Assembly (NCBI GenBank): GCA_963826715.1
Contig: CAWGYA010000008.1
Coordinates: forward strand, 224,001 to 288,000
Direction: 5' to 3'
DNA length: 64,000 nucleotides
Source: Candidatus Bathyarchaeota archaeon
GTDB taxonomy: Archaea; Thermoproteota; Bathyarchaeia; Bathyarchaeales; Bathycorpusculaceae
Shown here: in pieces, positions 1 to 10,198 of the stretch
How positions within the stretch are numbered: the first letter of the stretch is position 1
Layout: the number at the start of each line of letters is the position of its first letter
The notes under the pieces: generated by a model
Databases searched by the model: none
Told to the model about the DNA's origin: nothing
Seen by the model: only the letters and a program-made list of their open reading frames with translations
Program-made: the position numbers and the translations under genes

Positions 1-290
1 TTATTGTCAACAACTGGGAAGATTTTCTTGAGGAAGTCAATTGCCTCTTGGTTACGGAGGGTTACGACGACAGCTATGGATTCTCCTTCCCGGATACCAA
101 AGTCTCGGATTGTATTCTTAGCTTTACGTTTCACAGGTTCATGAGCCGTAATTTCCTGGAGAACTCTACTTGCTTTCTCAAGCGGTTCACCTGATTTACC
201 TACGTTAAGGTTAACCACGACTTTCTCAATTCGGGGTTTACGCATTGGATGTTCTGCCCAAGTTTTAATCATAGCTTCTTCTTCAGACAA
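1..290 (-). CDS. rpl5: 50S ribosomal protein uL5, N-terminal part (runs off window)
   Basis: Manual translation from TTG at 290 (GGAGG upstream): ...HPMRKPRIEKVVVNLNVGKSGEPLEKA...KAKNTIRDFGIREGE; follows eS4 as in the archaeal spc cluster. Confidence 0.93.
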   Translation of the reverse strand, partial: MSEEEAMIKTWAEHPMRKPRIEKVVVNLNVGKSGEPLEKASRVLQEITAHEPVKRKAKNTIRDFGIREGESIAVVVTLRNQEAIDFLKKIFPVVDN

Positions 291-1047
291 CGTTGAATGC
301 CTCCAAAGTGGTTATCATGGGAGTAGTTTCGCCGATGGAAAATACAAAGTCTAAAATGGTTTGGTAACGTACACCCTGAGCGTCTTCGATAACAACGAGA
401 GCTTGGCGACGTTTTTTGGCTTCAGCTTTCTCGATTTCCACAATTTTTCCCTGTTTGCCTATGTTTTTGCCGCCTGTTATGATTGCTAAGTTGCCTTCTT
501 TGGTTTTAAGAGTTTCAGTGACCTGTTTATCGGGGAATGTAATTTTGAGGACATCAAAGGTTTCATACGGAACGGATGTTGTGTTTTTGAGATCTGCTAC
601 TTTAACGAGCATATTTGAGCCGTCGTGTAATCCGACCTGGACACCATATCTTAGAGTCGTTTTATCTTCCACACGGACCAGTTTTACTTCGGCTTCTTCT
701 TTGCTGATAGGAGCCAAAACTAATCCTTTATGTGAAGGCATAATTCGGTAGTGTTTGCCCATATCAGGCAGTGAAATAACATCCATTAAGCCGACGGGAG
801 AATCATCTTGTTTTCTGATTTTGCCGTCAACAAGAACTTTGCCTTGTGTTAATATGAGTTTACCTTCTTTGCGTGTTTGAGCAACACCCAACATATCTCG
901 AAGAACTAAGGTCATAGGCAGGCATTCATGAAGTGAATGTGAACCTGATGAAGGCTTAACTACCCATGGTTTTTCTTTTCGATGAATCTGCCAGAATGCT
1001 GGTGCTGGCTTACGTTTCAGCCGTGCGGTTTTTCCTTTTCTTCCCAA
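283..1047 (-). CDS. rps4e: 30S ribosomal protein eS4
   Basis: LKRKPAPAFW, VLVDGKIR, PVGLMDVI, ITGGKNIG motifs; position after uL24. Confidence 0.96.
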   Translation of the reverse strand: MGRKGKTARLKRKPAPAFWQIHRKEKPWVVKPSSGSHSLHECLPMTLVLRDMLGVAQTRKEGKLILTQGKVLVDGKIRKQDDSPVGLMDVISLPDMGKHYRIMPSHKGLVLAPISKEEAEVKLVRVEDKTTLRYGVQVGLHDGSNMLVKVADLKNTTSVPYETFDVLKITFPDKQVTETLKTKEGNLAIITGGKNIGKQGKIVEIEKAEAKKRRQALVVIEDAQGVRYQTILDFVFSIGETTPMITTLEAFNVV

Positions 1048-1049
1048 AT

Positions 1050-1649
1050 TTATTCTCCTCCTTCTTCAGAGGTTTGGTCTTTAGCACGCGGCTTAGCCGT
1101 GGCTTTCTTTTCCTCTGTTTCTTTCGCAGGTGCCTTTGCTGCGGATTTCTTGGCGATCTCTTTTTTTGTTGTTGGCATCGGTTCTGCTATGGGGACTTCT
1201 TTTGTTTTAACTGGAGCCTTTTCGGCTTTCTTAGAGGGTTTAATTTTTGTTTTCTCTTTCTTTTCAGGAGCAACTTTGCGTCCGAGTATTGTTTCTTTGC
1301 GGTATTTGTCCTCGAGGTTGAGATTGCGTATCTGAACTTTGGATGGATGAACTGCTAGAAAGATGTTAGTTCCGTCTACTTTTTCGCGGGTTAACCCTTC
1401 AAGGTAGATTCTGTAAGCTTTAAGGTCGATACGTGAAATTTTGCCTTCGAAGCCCTTGTTGTCTCCACGGAGAATACGCACAGTGTCGCCTTTGCGCACT
1501 GGCAGAGTTTTAGCGCCTTTTGAAGCGGCAAGTTCGTTAGATAGGGGAGCTGCCATTTGTTTGTGACGTATGTGGGCAGGGGCATTGAAAAGCCTTTTTC
1601 GTTGTTTACCAGGATTTTTTACTCTGTTAGTTTGTTGCAATATCTTCAC
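1050..1649 (-). CDS. rpl24: 50S ribosomal protein uL24 with long K/E/A-rich C-terminal tail
   Basis: PGKQRKRLFNAPAH, LPVRKGDTVRILRG (KOW), HPSKV. Confidence 0.95.
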   Translation of the reverse strand: MKILQQTNRVKNPGKQRKRLFNAPAHIRHKQMAAPLSNELAASKGAKTLPVRKGDTVRILRGDNKGFEGKISRIDLKAYRIYLEGLTREKVDGTNIFLAVHPSKVQIRNLNLEDKYRKETILGRKVAPEKKEKTKIKPSKKAEKAPVKTKEVPIAEPMPTTKKEIAKKSAAKAPAKETEEKKATAKPRAKDQTSEEGGE

Positions 1650-2093
1650 CTATACAATTATGCTGGAGGCACTTGCGATTCTAGGCCATCTCTCAGCAGC
1701 TTCTCTTGCGACTGGACCACGAATTTCTGATCCTTTCATTTCCCCCTCGGGGGTAATAATTACGGCCGCATTATCCTCAAATTGAACCCAAACGCCGTCA
1801 ATCCGTCGGAAAGTTTTTCTTTGACGAACAATAACAGCTTGAAAGATCTTTTTCCGCATATCAGGTGACCCTTGGCGAACAGATACCGTCACTTTATCCC
1901 CAACAGTTGCGGAGGGATACCGTCTAAGGCGACCCTTATATCCCATTGCTTGAATTAAACGCAATACACGTGCACCCGTATTATCAGTGCATTTTAGTTC
2001 AGAGCCTGAAACGAGTCCACGACTAAGTTTTTGTCCGTGAGCCATCATGCCTTTGGCAACTAAGCCTCTTCCTTTTGCTTTAGCCGCACACAT
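1650..2093 (-). CDS. rpl14: 50S ribosomal protein uL14
   Basis: DNTGA, AVIVRQRK, FEDNAAVI, GPVAREAAERW. Confidence 0.97.
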   Translation of the reverse strand: MCAAKAKGRGLVAKGMMAHGQKLSRGLVSGSELKCTDNTGARVLRLIQAMGYKGRLRRYPSATVGDKVTVSVRQGSPDMRKKIFQAVIVRQRKTFRRIDGVWVQFEDNAAVIITPEGEMKGSEIRGPVAREAAERWPRIASASSIIV

Positions 2094-2094
2094 T

Positions 2095-2415
2095 TTACTT
2101 TTCCTCGCCTATTTTTTCAACAACAACAAACGACACCGTCTTGCTTAAAGGCCGGCATTCAGCGATTTTGACACGATCGCCTTCTTTCACGTCGATACAG
2201 GGCGGGTTGTGTGAAGGTATGTGACCGTGTCGTCGTTCATAACGCACAAATTTTGAGGAGAACTGCATGAATTCTCTATCAACGATAACGGTTTTGTCCA
2301 TTTTAGCTGTGTGCACGATGCCTTCCAGTACACGTCCCCGCACAGCGAGCGCTCCGTGAAATGGGCAGTTTCGGTCGTCACAGGTCTTTTTTGGTCGCTT
2401 GAAAGTCATCGACAT
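2095..2415 (-). CDS. rps17: 30S ribosomal protein uS17
   Basis: CDDRNCPFHG, KMDKTV, IAECRPLSKT. Confidence 0.97.
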   Translation of the reverse strand: MSMTFKRPKKTCDDRNCPFHGALAVRGRVLEGIVHTAKMDKTVIVDREFMQFSSKFVRYERRHGHIPSHNPPCIDVKEGDRVKIAECRPLSKTVSFVVVEKIGEEK

Positions 2416-2416
2416 A

Positions 2417-2698
2417 TTACCATAACCTCTTCATGTTTTTCTTAAGTCGGTCTTCTGGTCTACCGACTAAAAGTTTACCGTCAATTTCAACAACTGTACC
2501 GTCGTTGAAGGTAAAATCGAAAGTTGCGGATTCCTTGATCACACGTCGGGTTTTAGTTTCCGCTTGAAAGAGAAAACTGTTTCTAGTTTCGCCAATCACT
2601 AGACCGCCTATACCCACACTATCTATGTTGGGTGAAGTTGCAACTTGGGCATGTGTACCAATGAATTCGTAGCGAATAATGTCAGGAGTTATTTTCAT
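2417..2698 (-). CDS. rnp1: RNase P protein subunit Rpp29/Pop4
   Basis: EFIG, G..IGETRN, IDGKLLVGRPEDRLKK; canonical position between uL29 and uS17. Confidence 0.9.
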   Translation of the reverse strand: MKITPDIIRYEFIGTHAQVATSPNIDSVGIGGLVIGETRNSFLFQAETKTRRVIKESATFDFTFNDGTVVEIDGKLLVGRPEDRLKKNMKRLW

Positions 2699-2970
2699 TC
2701 AGAAACTTTCTCCTTGCTTTCTTTCTTTGCAGCCGCTTTCTTTGCGGGTTGAGGCGCTTTGCGGATTCCAAGCTTCTGCTCATTTTCCACGGTGAGAATT
2801 TGTGCGATTGTTCTGCGCAACTCTCGAATACGAGTTGGGTTTTCTACAGCGCCTCCTGCGTGCACCATGGTGCGTATGCGGGCGAGTTCAATTCTTAAAT
2901 CAATAAGTCTTTGAACTCGATCTTGGGGTGATAGTGCCGCGATATCTTTCATTCGCATAATAGGCGCCAT
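2695..2970 (-). CDS. rpl29: 50S ribosomal protein uL29
   Basis: ENPTRIRELRRTIAQILT. Confidence 0.94.
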   Translation of the reverse strand: MAPIMRMKDIAALSPQDRVQRLIDLRIELARIRTMVHAGGAVENPTRIRELRRTIAQILTVENEQKLGIRKAPQPAKKAAAKKESKEKVSE

Positions 2971-3762
2971 CTACTCTTTTGCCTCCTCAGGTTTTGCCTC
3001 TTCTTGAGGGGCATCAATAGCTACTTCAGGTTTAGGTTCATCTACAACTTCTTGGGCTTCCACTGACAACTCAGGTTCTTCTGAGATTGGTTCTGGGGCA
3101 GCCGAAGCTGGAGCCTCTGATGTTGGCGCAGAGGGTGCAACAGTAACAACCTCCGTCTCTTCAGGTTCCGCGTCCATAATTTGGACTTTGTCCGGGAAGT
3201 ACGCATCTGGGGGCATTATTTTAACTCGCACTCCAATCATGCCTGGTTTCAGTTGGACGTGGACTTCTGCAGTTTTCATAGCACGTAAGGCTGGTTCCCC
3301 AACAATGGGATAATGACCGGCACGGAATTTTTCGAAGCGGGCACGTTCAGTTGTGAGTTTACCGCTAATGACGATCTCACAACCCAATGCGCCTGCTTCC
3401 ATAACTTGATTTAGTGCCCAAAAGCCAGCGCGTCTAAAGTGAACACCCCGCTCTAATGCTGAGGAAACGCGGTTAGCAACGACATGAGCGTTGAATTCGG
3501 GTACTTCAATTTCTGAAACTGAAATCTGAGGGTTGGAAACTTGGAAGTTATGCTCGAGAGAAGAGGCGAGTTCTTTGATAGTTTCTCCGCCTCTACCGAT
3601 AACAATACCTGGACGCATTGCGTAAATAACTACATGTGTGCCTAGGGGTGTTTTTGACAGGTTAACTCCGCCGTATCCGGCACGCTCAAGTTTTTTCTGC
3701 AAAAACTCATCGATTTCGGTTCGTTTAATAGCTTCAGTTATAAAACGTTTGACTATGCTCAT
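2971..3762 (-). CDS. rps3: 30S ribosomal protein uS3 (acidic/Pro-rich C-tail)
   Basis: KH motif RPGIVIGRGG, ALERGVHFRRA, GCEIVISGKL. Confidence 0.97.
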   Translation of the reverse strand: MSIVKRFITEAIKRTEIDEFLQKKLERAGYGGVNLSKTPLGTHVVIYAMRPGIVIGRGGETIKELASSLEHNFQVSNPQISVSEIEVPEFNAHVVANRVSSALERGVHFRRAGFWALNQVMEAGALGCEIVISGKLTTERARFEKFRAGHYPIVGEPALRAMKTAEVHVQLKPGMIGVRVKIMPPDAYFPDKVQIMDAEPEETEVVTVAPSAPTSEAPASAAPEPISEEPELSVEAQEVVDEPKPEVAIDAPQEEAKPEEAKE

Positions 3763-4248
3763 TTACTGTTCTCCTTGTGAGGCTTTTTCTTCAAGCACTA
3801 TTTCTACGTGTGTAGTGATGTTGTATTTAGGTGAGGCTCTACCGTGTGCTCGGGGGGTAAAACGTTTTAGTTTCATACCCGGATAGGCAGCGCTGTGCAT
3901 GATTCGCAGGCGATCCACATCTAAACCTTTGTTTTCCGCATTGGCTTGCGCGGCTTGAAGGACACGGAGCACTTGTGAGGCAGTTTTTATTGGGAACCTA
4001 CCTACGCCGCAACCTACCATCCCACCTTTATGACCAAGCTTTTTGGTATATCTTGTGTATGGTATCGGCTTTTTCATTGCCACAACATCCCGCAGATAAG
4101 TTTTTGCCTGAATGAGGTCCATCCCTTTTATGGCCTTAGCAACTTCCCGTGCGGCTTTGTGGGATACTTTAAGTTCGCGTCCACTGGCTTTCGCTGTTTT
4201 TTCTGGATTAAGCATTTCTAGTTGGATTGAGTATCCCCGTTTTGGCAT
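3763..4248 (-). CDS. rpl22: 50S ribosomal protein uL22
   Basis: VSHKAAREV, GRFP.K, ANAENKGLD, PRAHGRA; start moved to ATG 4248 (GGAG upstream). Confidence 0.95.
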   Translation of the reverse strand: MPKRGYSIQLEMLNPEKTAKASGRELKVSHKAAREVAKAIKGMDLIQAKTYLRDVVAMKKPIPYTRYTKKLGHKGGMVGCGVGRFPIKTASQVLRVLQAAQANAENKGLDVDRLRIMHSAAYPGMKLKRFTPRAHGRASPKYNITTHVEIVLEEKASQGEQ

Positions 4249-4559
4249 TGTTATATCTCCGATGCGCAATCAAACACGTAAAAGCGATTTATATGGCTTT
4301 CCGTATCACAACTAAGATTTTAGTCATTTTTTCCAAATTGACTAGTTAACGTCCCTACCAGAGGGATGCAATTCGTTGCAGTGAGGTGTACAGTTTTTGG
4401 ATTACGTTTAGCCTTTTATAGTTTACCTAAAAAGCGCCAGTACGGAGTAAGCGACGATCATAAATGGCACACTTTTGCAATCAAGAAACCATTTCGTTAA
4501 GGGGATAGAGCATAACTTAAAGAGCAGCAAAACCCCACCAAAGGGGCAGGTGCAAATCA

Positions 4560-4817
4560 TTGAAATATGTAAAAATCATAAGTAAAATAGCTGCGTTTTC
4601 CAGCGCAGCGGCATTTGCATTCACTGTTTTTTCAGCCATCACAACCTACTTTCTCTTAACAATAACTGTCCAAGGAGCCCCAATTGAATACATTACATTA
4701 TATATTCTATCAACGGTAATGCCCTACCTGTTTATCGGAGTGCTTTCGCTGATAATTGCAGTCATGTCTAAAGCGAAAGAAGAGCCAATCGTTGAAGAAG
4801 AAGTACAATCTAGTTAA
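4560..4817 (+). CDS. small two-TM membrane protein, unknown function
   Basis: Two hydrophobic helices, acidic tail, AGGTG upstream of TTG. Confidence 0.6.
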   Translation: MKYVKIISKIAAFSSAAAFAFTVFSAITTYFLLTITVQGAPIEYITLYILSTVMPYLFIGVLSLIIAVMSKAKEEPIVEEEVQSS

Positions 4818-5164
4818 ACATGAGAATAATACCTATTTTTTTAAAGGTGAAAAGGGCACCAATACTATTCCACTGTACCGCTTTTCTTTCAGATTTAAGC
4901 CCTACCTAAACAAGCAAAAAACGTAAAGATCTACAAAACAATGGGAAACCTTGAAAACTACTTTGGGAAAAAGTCACTAAATAAAGTAAATTGATACCAC
5001 CCTTGGTCTTTACTTGCTACTCAGGTAGTTCACTTTATTTCGATAACCAGATGACAAGTTATTCCAAAGAAATGTATATAAAAAATTGAGGTTAAGCTGC
5101 GATTTGTTTATGTTTCACCGTAAAAGGATTGTTAGATAACTGTTTGTAAGGAAGTAACCTGAAA

Positions 5165-6229
5165 ATGACATCGAAAGATGAGAAAATCACTATGCTGCAT
5201 GGCGCAGGAGGCACAGTCATGCATGACCTCGTCAAAAACTATATAGTGAAAGCTTTCGGCGGCATCGGCAACGCAGAAGTGCCTCTTGAAGCCATGGATG
5301 ACGCCGCAGTTGTCGGCGACATAGTATTCAAAAGCGACTCCCATGCTGTAAAACCTATCTTTTTCCCAGGCGGTGACATAGGGCGCATTGCAATTTCTGG
5401 CACCGTCAACGACATCAGTTGTCTTGGGGCGCAGCCGTTTGCGTTGGCATGCGGCTTGGTTTTGGAGGAGGGACTGCTTCTATCAGATTTTGAGCAGATT
5501 TTAGCCAGTATGCGCCAAACCTGCATCGAAGCAGATGTAGGCATTGTGACAGGCGACACCAAAGTTGTCGAAAAAGGCGCATTGGGTGGCTGCGTCATGA
5601 ATGTTTCGGGTATTGGACGGCGTACAGCAGCACTAGATAACAACTTAGCAGTTGTACTCAAAACCCGCGAACTTAAAACACGCTGGACACTAGATTCTAA
5701 CTTAACAGTGGGGGACAAAGTAATTTTGCTCGGCACAATTGGCGACCATGGGTTGGCAGTACTCTCGGCGCAACAGGGCTTATCATTTGGCAGTGAAATC
5801 AAATCAGACGTCAAACCACTCAACTGCATGGTGCAACACCTGCTGGGTGAGGTGGGAGGAGTCGTTGCCATCAAAGACGCTACCCGTGGAGGACTTGCTG
5901 ATGCCCTCAACGAGTGGACCGAAAAATCGCATGTAGGCATTTTAGCGCACGAAGACAAAATCCCTATCCACGATGATGTGCGAGTTGCCTGCGAAATGCT
6001 GGGGTTGGATCCCTTGGAAATCGGCAATGAAGGCAAACTAATCATCGGTGTCATACCGGAAAAAGCTGAAGAGGCTCTATCGTTTTTGCGTCAGACGCCG
6101 GAGGGCAAAGATGCCCAAATAATTGGACAAGCAACCGCGGAGTTTCGGGGTGTGACAATGCAGACAATAGTTGGCGGCAAACGCATTGTGGCGCGTCCCA
6201 TCGGCGACCCCGTACCAAGAATCTGCTAA
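5165..6229 (+). CDS. hypE: hydrogenase maturation carbamoyl dehydratase HypE
   Basis: HGAGG, FFPGGDIG, GTVND, VTGDTKVV, DATRGG, C-terminal PRIC. Confidence 0.96.
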   Translation: MTSKDEKITMLHGAGGTVMHDLVKNYIVKAFGGIGNAEVPLEAMDDAAVVGDIVFKSDSHAVKPIFFPGGDIGRIAISGTVNDISCLGAQPFALACGLVLEEGLLLSDFEQILASMRQTCIEADVGIVTGDTKVVEKGALGGCVMNVSGIGRRTAALDNNLAVVLKTRELKTRWTLDSNLTVGDKVILLGTIGDHGLAVLSAQQGLSFGSEIKSDVKPLNCMVQHLLGEVGGVVAIKDATRGGLADALNEWTEKSHVGILAHEDKIPIHDDVRVACEMLGLDPLEIGNEGKLIIGVIPEKAEEALSFLRQTPEGKDAQIIGQATAEFRGVTMQTIVGGKRIVARPIGDPVPRIC

Positions 6230-7314
6230 GCTTGGGCGGCAACGCTTTTTGCCCAGACTCGACAGGTACCTTCACTGCTGACCATGCAGGCGCCAACGGG
6301 TTTAGCTGGCTTACAGGCTTTGAGAAACATAGGACATTGATTGGGTTTGATTTTCCCAATTATTACAAGATGACATTCGCATCCAAGCAGAATATCCTTT
6401 CCTTCTTCTATCTTTACACCGTATTTCTTGCGTGCATCATATTGAATCAAGTTTTCACGGAGTTGCAAAGCAGAGTCGGGAAGTCTACCGATGCCTCGCC
6501 AGTTTCCCCCAGTGACTATGAAAGCTTTTTCTATCAATTTTTGTGCTTTTACGTTCCCCTCAGGCTTAACTACACGCGAATACTCGTTTTCCAACTTTGC
6601 ATCGGATTGGCTATACTGCCTTAGAAGCATATATAGCGACATAAGAACGTCGTTGGGCTCAAACCCCGCCACGACAGTAGGCATTTGGTAAACTCTAGGA
6701 AAAAGTTCATAGGGTTTTATACCAATAATTGCGCTCACATGCCCGGGCGCGATGAACCCATCAATTTCCAAGTCACCCACACCCAACAGTAGCTCCATAG
6801 CGGGTGGAATAAGACGATGTGAGATCAGAAAACTAAAGTTTTTAGGCAAATCTCCCAATACTTCCAGTGCAGTTATTGGGGCGGTGGTTTCAAAACCCAC
6901 AGCAGAGAAAACAAACTCTTTCTGAGGCTCAGCTCTAGCCATCTTCACCGCGTCTGAAAGAGCATATACTATTCGCACATCTGCACCTGAGGCTTTAGCG
7001 TCTAATAGAGAAGATTCACTACCAGGAACACGCAAGACATCGCCAAAGCATGTTATAACTTTTCCTTGTTTTGCGAGTTGCACGGCTTCGTCTATTTCGG
7101 CAGCGGGCATAATGCAAACAGGGCAACCTGGTCCTGCGATGACTTCAACATTTTTTGGAAGAAGACTCCGGAGACCAAAATGGGTTATTGTCCATTCATG
7201 AGTACCGCAGACATGGCAGAATTTTACGGTGCCCTTTTTGGGTGCGACATCACGAATTTTTTGGGCAATTTCCTTGGCAAGTTGGGGGTTTCTAAAGCCC
7301 AGAGTATCATTCAT
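6226..7314 (-). CDS. hypD: hydrogenase maturation protein HypD
   Basis: CGTH, GPGCPVC, GFETT, PGHVS, GACMVSSEGTC. Confidence 0.97.
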   Translation of the reverse strand: MNDTLGFRNPQLAKEIAQKIRDVAPKKGTVKFCHVCGTHEWTITHFGLRSLLPKNVEVIAGPGCPVCIMPAAEIDEAVQLAKQGKVITCFGDVLRVPGSESSLLDAKASGADVRIVYALSDAVKMARAEPQKEFVFSAVGFETTAPITALEVLGDLPKNFSFLISHRLIPPAMELLLGVGDLEIDGFIAPGHVSAIIGIKPYELFPRVYQMPTVVAGFEPNDVLMSLYMLLRQYSQSDAKLENEYSRVVKPEGNVKAQKLIEKAFIVTGGNWRGIGRLPDSALQLRENLIQYDARKKYGVKIEEGKDILLGCECHLVIIGKIKPNQCPMFLKACKPAKPVGACMVSSEGTCRVWAKSVAAQA

Positions 7315-7323
7315 ACCTCTCGC

Positions 7324-7551
7324 CTATTCTTGCCCTGCCTGCAGTAGAACATCGTTCCAGAGACTCAGGGTTTCCAAGGCCTCTTTTTCGTCGAGAAGCT
7401 GAATTGCATAACCTGCATGCACTAACACATAGTCACCGAGTTTGGCTTCAACCAACGACACATCAACCTCGCGCAGCACGCCCTGTCCAAAATCAACCTG
7501 GGCTTTTATGCCTTCAAGCGAAATGATTTTTGCGGGAATTGCTAAACACAT
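7324..7551 (-). CDS. hypC: hydrogenase chaperone HypC
   Basis: N-terminal MCLAIP, GDYVLVHAGYA. Confidence 0.96.
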   Translation of the reverse strand: MCLAIPAKIISLEGIKAQVDFGQGVLREVDVSLVEAKLGDYVLVHAGYAIQLLDEKEALETLSLWNDVLLQAGQE

Positions 7552-7601
7552 AAGCATCAGATAATCAAAAATGTGTGTTGGGACGATAAAAACAAATTGG
7601 T

Positions 7602-9884
7602 CTAAAAGTCTGAAAAAGATGCAGCAACTGCCTGACCAAATGAAATGCCACCGTCTCCAGCTGGAACCGCTTCATGTACAAAGAATCTCAACCCAGCGTT
7701 CTCAACGCTGACGCGGAGATGTTCAGTAAAGAGTTGGTTGCATGCAACACCTCCCGTGAAACCTACATTAACTACACCCTGTTGGGCAGCTTTTTGGAGC
7801 ACCAACTCAGCTAAGCCCTCCGCAAGGTAGCTGTGGGCGGAGTAAGCCAAATCTGAGACAGAAACCCGACCCAAATTATCGTATATCGCCTCCATCAGGG
7901 TGGTTGTGCTCAAAATATCACCGTTTATCCGGGGTTTTATGTGTAAAACATCCTTTCCCTGCAACGCTATAGATTCCAGTTTCATCGCGGGTTCACCCTC
8001 GTAGCTACGCATAAAACAGACGCCCAAAACCGCAGCAGCTGCATCCAACACCCGTCCACAACTTGTAGTTTCAATGGTGCCTCTGCCTGTTTTCAATTGA
8101 TTAGCAATGAGTTTGGCTTCAACTGCACCATGTGGTAGATGTAAACTATTCTCTAAAAGCCATGTCTCAGCATCTTCCCCTGCTTTATTAAGAATTCCAG
8201 CCGCCACTCGCATAGGGTATCTACTAGCCAAATCACCGCCCAAAAGTGGCTGAGCCTCAAGATGTGCCATACGCTTAAATTTAGTTGACCCCGAGGTACA
8301 ATGAAGTATTTCACCGCCCCATGCACCTCCATCAGAACCATAACCATAACCATCACAAGCAACAACCACCATATCTTCTAAACCATGTTCCGCCATAAGC
8401 CCCATCGCGTGAGCATGGTGATGCTGCACCTGCAAAATAGGTAGCCCCTTTGCATCAGCTATCTCATGGGCTAAGCGGGTTGTGTTAAATTTAGGGTGCA
8501 AATCACATGCAACCACCTCAGGATTGGTGTTAGTTAAGTGTTGTAGGTGAACTGTGGCTTCCTCGAGGAATGCTTGAGTTTCAATGTTTTCTACGTCACC
8601 TATGTGTTGGCTGATAAACGCTTTGTCGTCTATTAATATGGTTGAGGTGTTATTGAGTTCGCCTCCCAAACCTAAAGTGCAGCGCTTTGTGTTCATTTTA
8701 AGGCGGATCGGAACGGGGGAGTAACCACGACTTCTACGCAGAAAAATAGGGCGGGGACCGTGGAGACGCATGACGCTGTCATCGCAACGGTGGGCGATTT
8801 TGCGGTTGTGGAAAAGGAAGTAGTCAACAGTGTCACGCAGAATCTTAAGTGCATCCTCGTTGTCCTTCACTATGGGCATGTTTGCAGGATTTGCGCTGGT
8901 CATTACAAACGTTGTGTCAATAATCTCGTCGAAGAGCATATAATGAAGGGCGGTGTAGGGAAGCATTACACCGATATTGTGGAGGTGGGGAGCAACCAAT
9001 GGTGAGAGGTTATAATTCTCATTTTTGTTTATTAAGACTATCGGACGCTGAGGAGAAGCGAGGAGACCCTCTTCCTTTAGGCTGACTTCACCAAATCTCT
9101 GTACAGCGCCCAAGTTCTTAGCCATAATCGCAAATGGCTTCTCGCCGCGATGCTTAGAGTTTCTTAGCCTCATCAGAGGTTGCTCAAGTGTGGTCGATGC
9201 GGCTATGTGGAAGCCTCCATATCCTTTGATAGCAAGGATTTTGCCTTCCGAAAGCAGTTTCCCTGCTAGGCGAACGGGATCAGTTGTTTCAATAGGTTCG
9301 CCTAAATTGTTTGTCAAATAAGCTTTGGGGCCGCAGATTGGGCACGCCACCGTCTGTGCCTGAAATCGCCTATTGGTTGGGTCCTCGTATTCTTTTTTGC
9401 AGAAGCCACAAAGTGGGAATTCGATCATAGTAGTGTTTTTTCGGTCATAGGGCAGACGCTTGATTATGGTAAAGCGAGGTCCACAGTCGGTGCAGGTTAT
9501 GAAGAAGTAATTATTGCGGGGATTTTGGGAATCGCGAAGTTCTGCTAGACAGGAGTTGCAGATTGAGATGTCCGGGGGAATAATTGAACCACAAGTTTCG
9601 GCTTGGGTTGAACTCGGATAAATGGTAAATTTATCATATTGGTTGTTACCTGTGAGATATGTTCGGGTGACTCGGTCAATTTGTGCTAGGGGCGGCTTCT
9701 CAGCAGACAAGTTGGCTACAAATTTATCGATGTTTTTCTCTTCACCTTCTAGTAGCACCTCAACTCCAGCATCACCCCTGTTACGCACATAACCCATCAA
9801 GTTACTTTTGACAGCGGTTCGGTAAATGAAAGGTCTAAAACCTACGCCTTGCACGATACCTAAGATTAGGAGTTTAACCCGCAA
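7602..9884 (-). CDS. hypF: carbamoyltransferase HypF
   Basis: GIVQGVGFRPF acylphosphatase domain, Zn fingers CTDCGPR, DLHP, QHHHAH, GDGGISFGQ. Confidence 0.97.
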   Translation of the reverse strand: MRVKLLILGIVQGVGFRPFIYRTAVKSNLMGYVRNRGDAGVEVLLEGEEKNIDKFVANLSAEKPPLAQIDRVTRTYLTGNNQYDKFTIYPSSTQAETCGSIIPPDISICNSCLAELRDSQNPRNNYFFITCTDCGPRFTIIKRLPYDRKNTTMIEFPLCGFCKKEYEDPTNRRFQAQTVACPICGPKAYLTNNLGEPIETTDPVRLAGKLLSEGKILAIKGYGGFHIAASTTLEQPLMRLRNSKHRGEKPFAIMAKNLGAVQRFGEVSLKEEGLLASPQRPIVLINKNENYNLSPLVAPHLHNIGVMLPYTALHYMLFDEIIDTTFVMTSANPANMPIVKDNEDALKILRDTVDYFLFHNRKIAHRCDDSVMRLHGPRPIFLRRSRGYSPVPIRLKMNTKRCTLGLGGELNNTSTILIDDKAFISQHIGDVENIETQAFLEEATVHLQHLTNTNPEVVACDLHPKFNTTRLAHEIADAKGLPILQVQHHHAHAMGLMAEHGLEDMVVVACDGYGYGSDGGAWGGEILHCTSGSTKFKRMAHLEAQPLLGGDLASRYPMRVAAGILNKAGEDAETWLLENSLHLPHGAVEAKLIANQLKTGRGTIETTSCGRVLDAAAAVLGVCFMRSYEGEPAMKLESIALQGKDVLHIKPRINGDILSTTTLMEAIYDNLGRVSVSDLAYSAHSYLAEGLAELVLQKAAQQGVVNVGFTGGVACNQLFTEHLRVSVENAGLRFFVHEAVPAGDGGISFGQAVAASFSDF

Positions 9885-9989
9885 AATGGTAACCTACCTT
9901 CATTCAGAACAAACTTTTCTCTTATACATTTCCTATTTTTTCGGCAATCCTTAAAGCCACAGAGATTCATCAAGAAGGTTTGAGCGAGC

Positions 9990-10196
9990 ATGAAACCTTT
10001 AACGTTTGCTTTAGCATTCATTTTAACGGTATGCCTCATCTTATCAGGTGTTTTTTTCTATCCTGATGTGCTCGGCAAAGCGGCGACGCAAAACAATGAA
10101 ATTGTCTTTGGGCTATTTTTAGGACCTTTCTGTTTCTTTCTGGTTTTGGGGTGGTTTAGTGAAAAACTTGTGCTGAAGGTCTTCAGAAAAAAATAG
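9990..10196 (+). CDS. small two-TM membrane protein
   Basis: Two hydrophobic segments, basic C-terminus, fills gap between genes. Confidence 0.5.
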   Translation: MKPLTFALAFILTVCLILSGVFFYPDVLGKAATQNNEIVFGLFLGPFCFFLVLGWFSEKLVLKVFRKK

Positions 10197-10198
10197 CA

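Noticed and set aside
5239-6054. Long antisense ORFs (e.g. 271 aa opposite hypE, 216 aa opposite leuA, many opposite carB and argH)
   Set aside because: Shadow frames of well-supported genes, with no motifs
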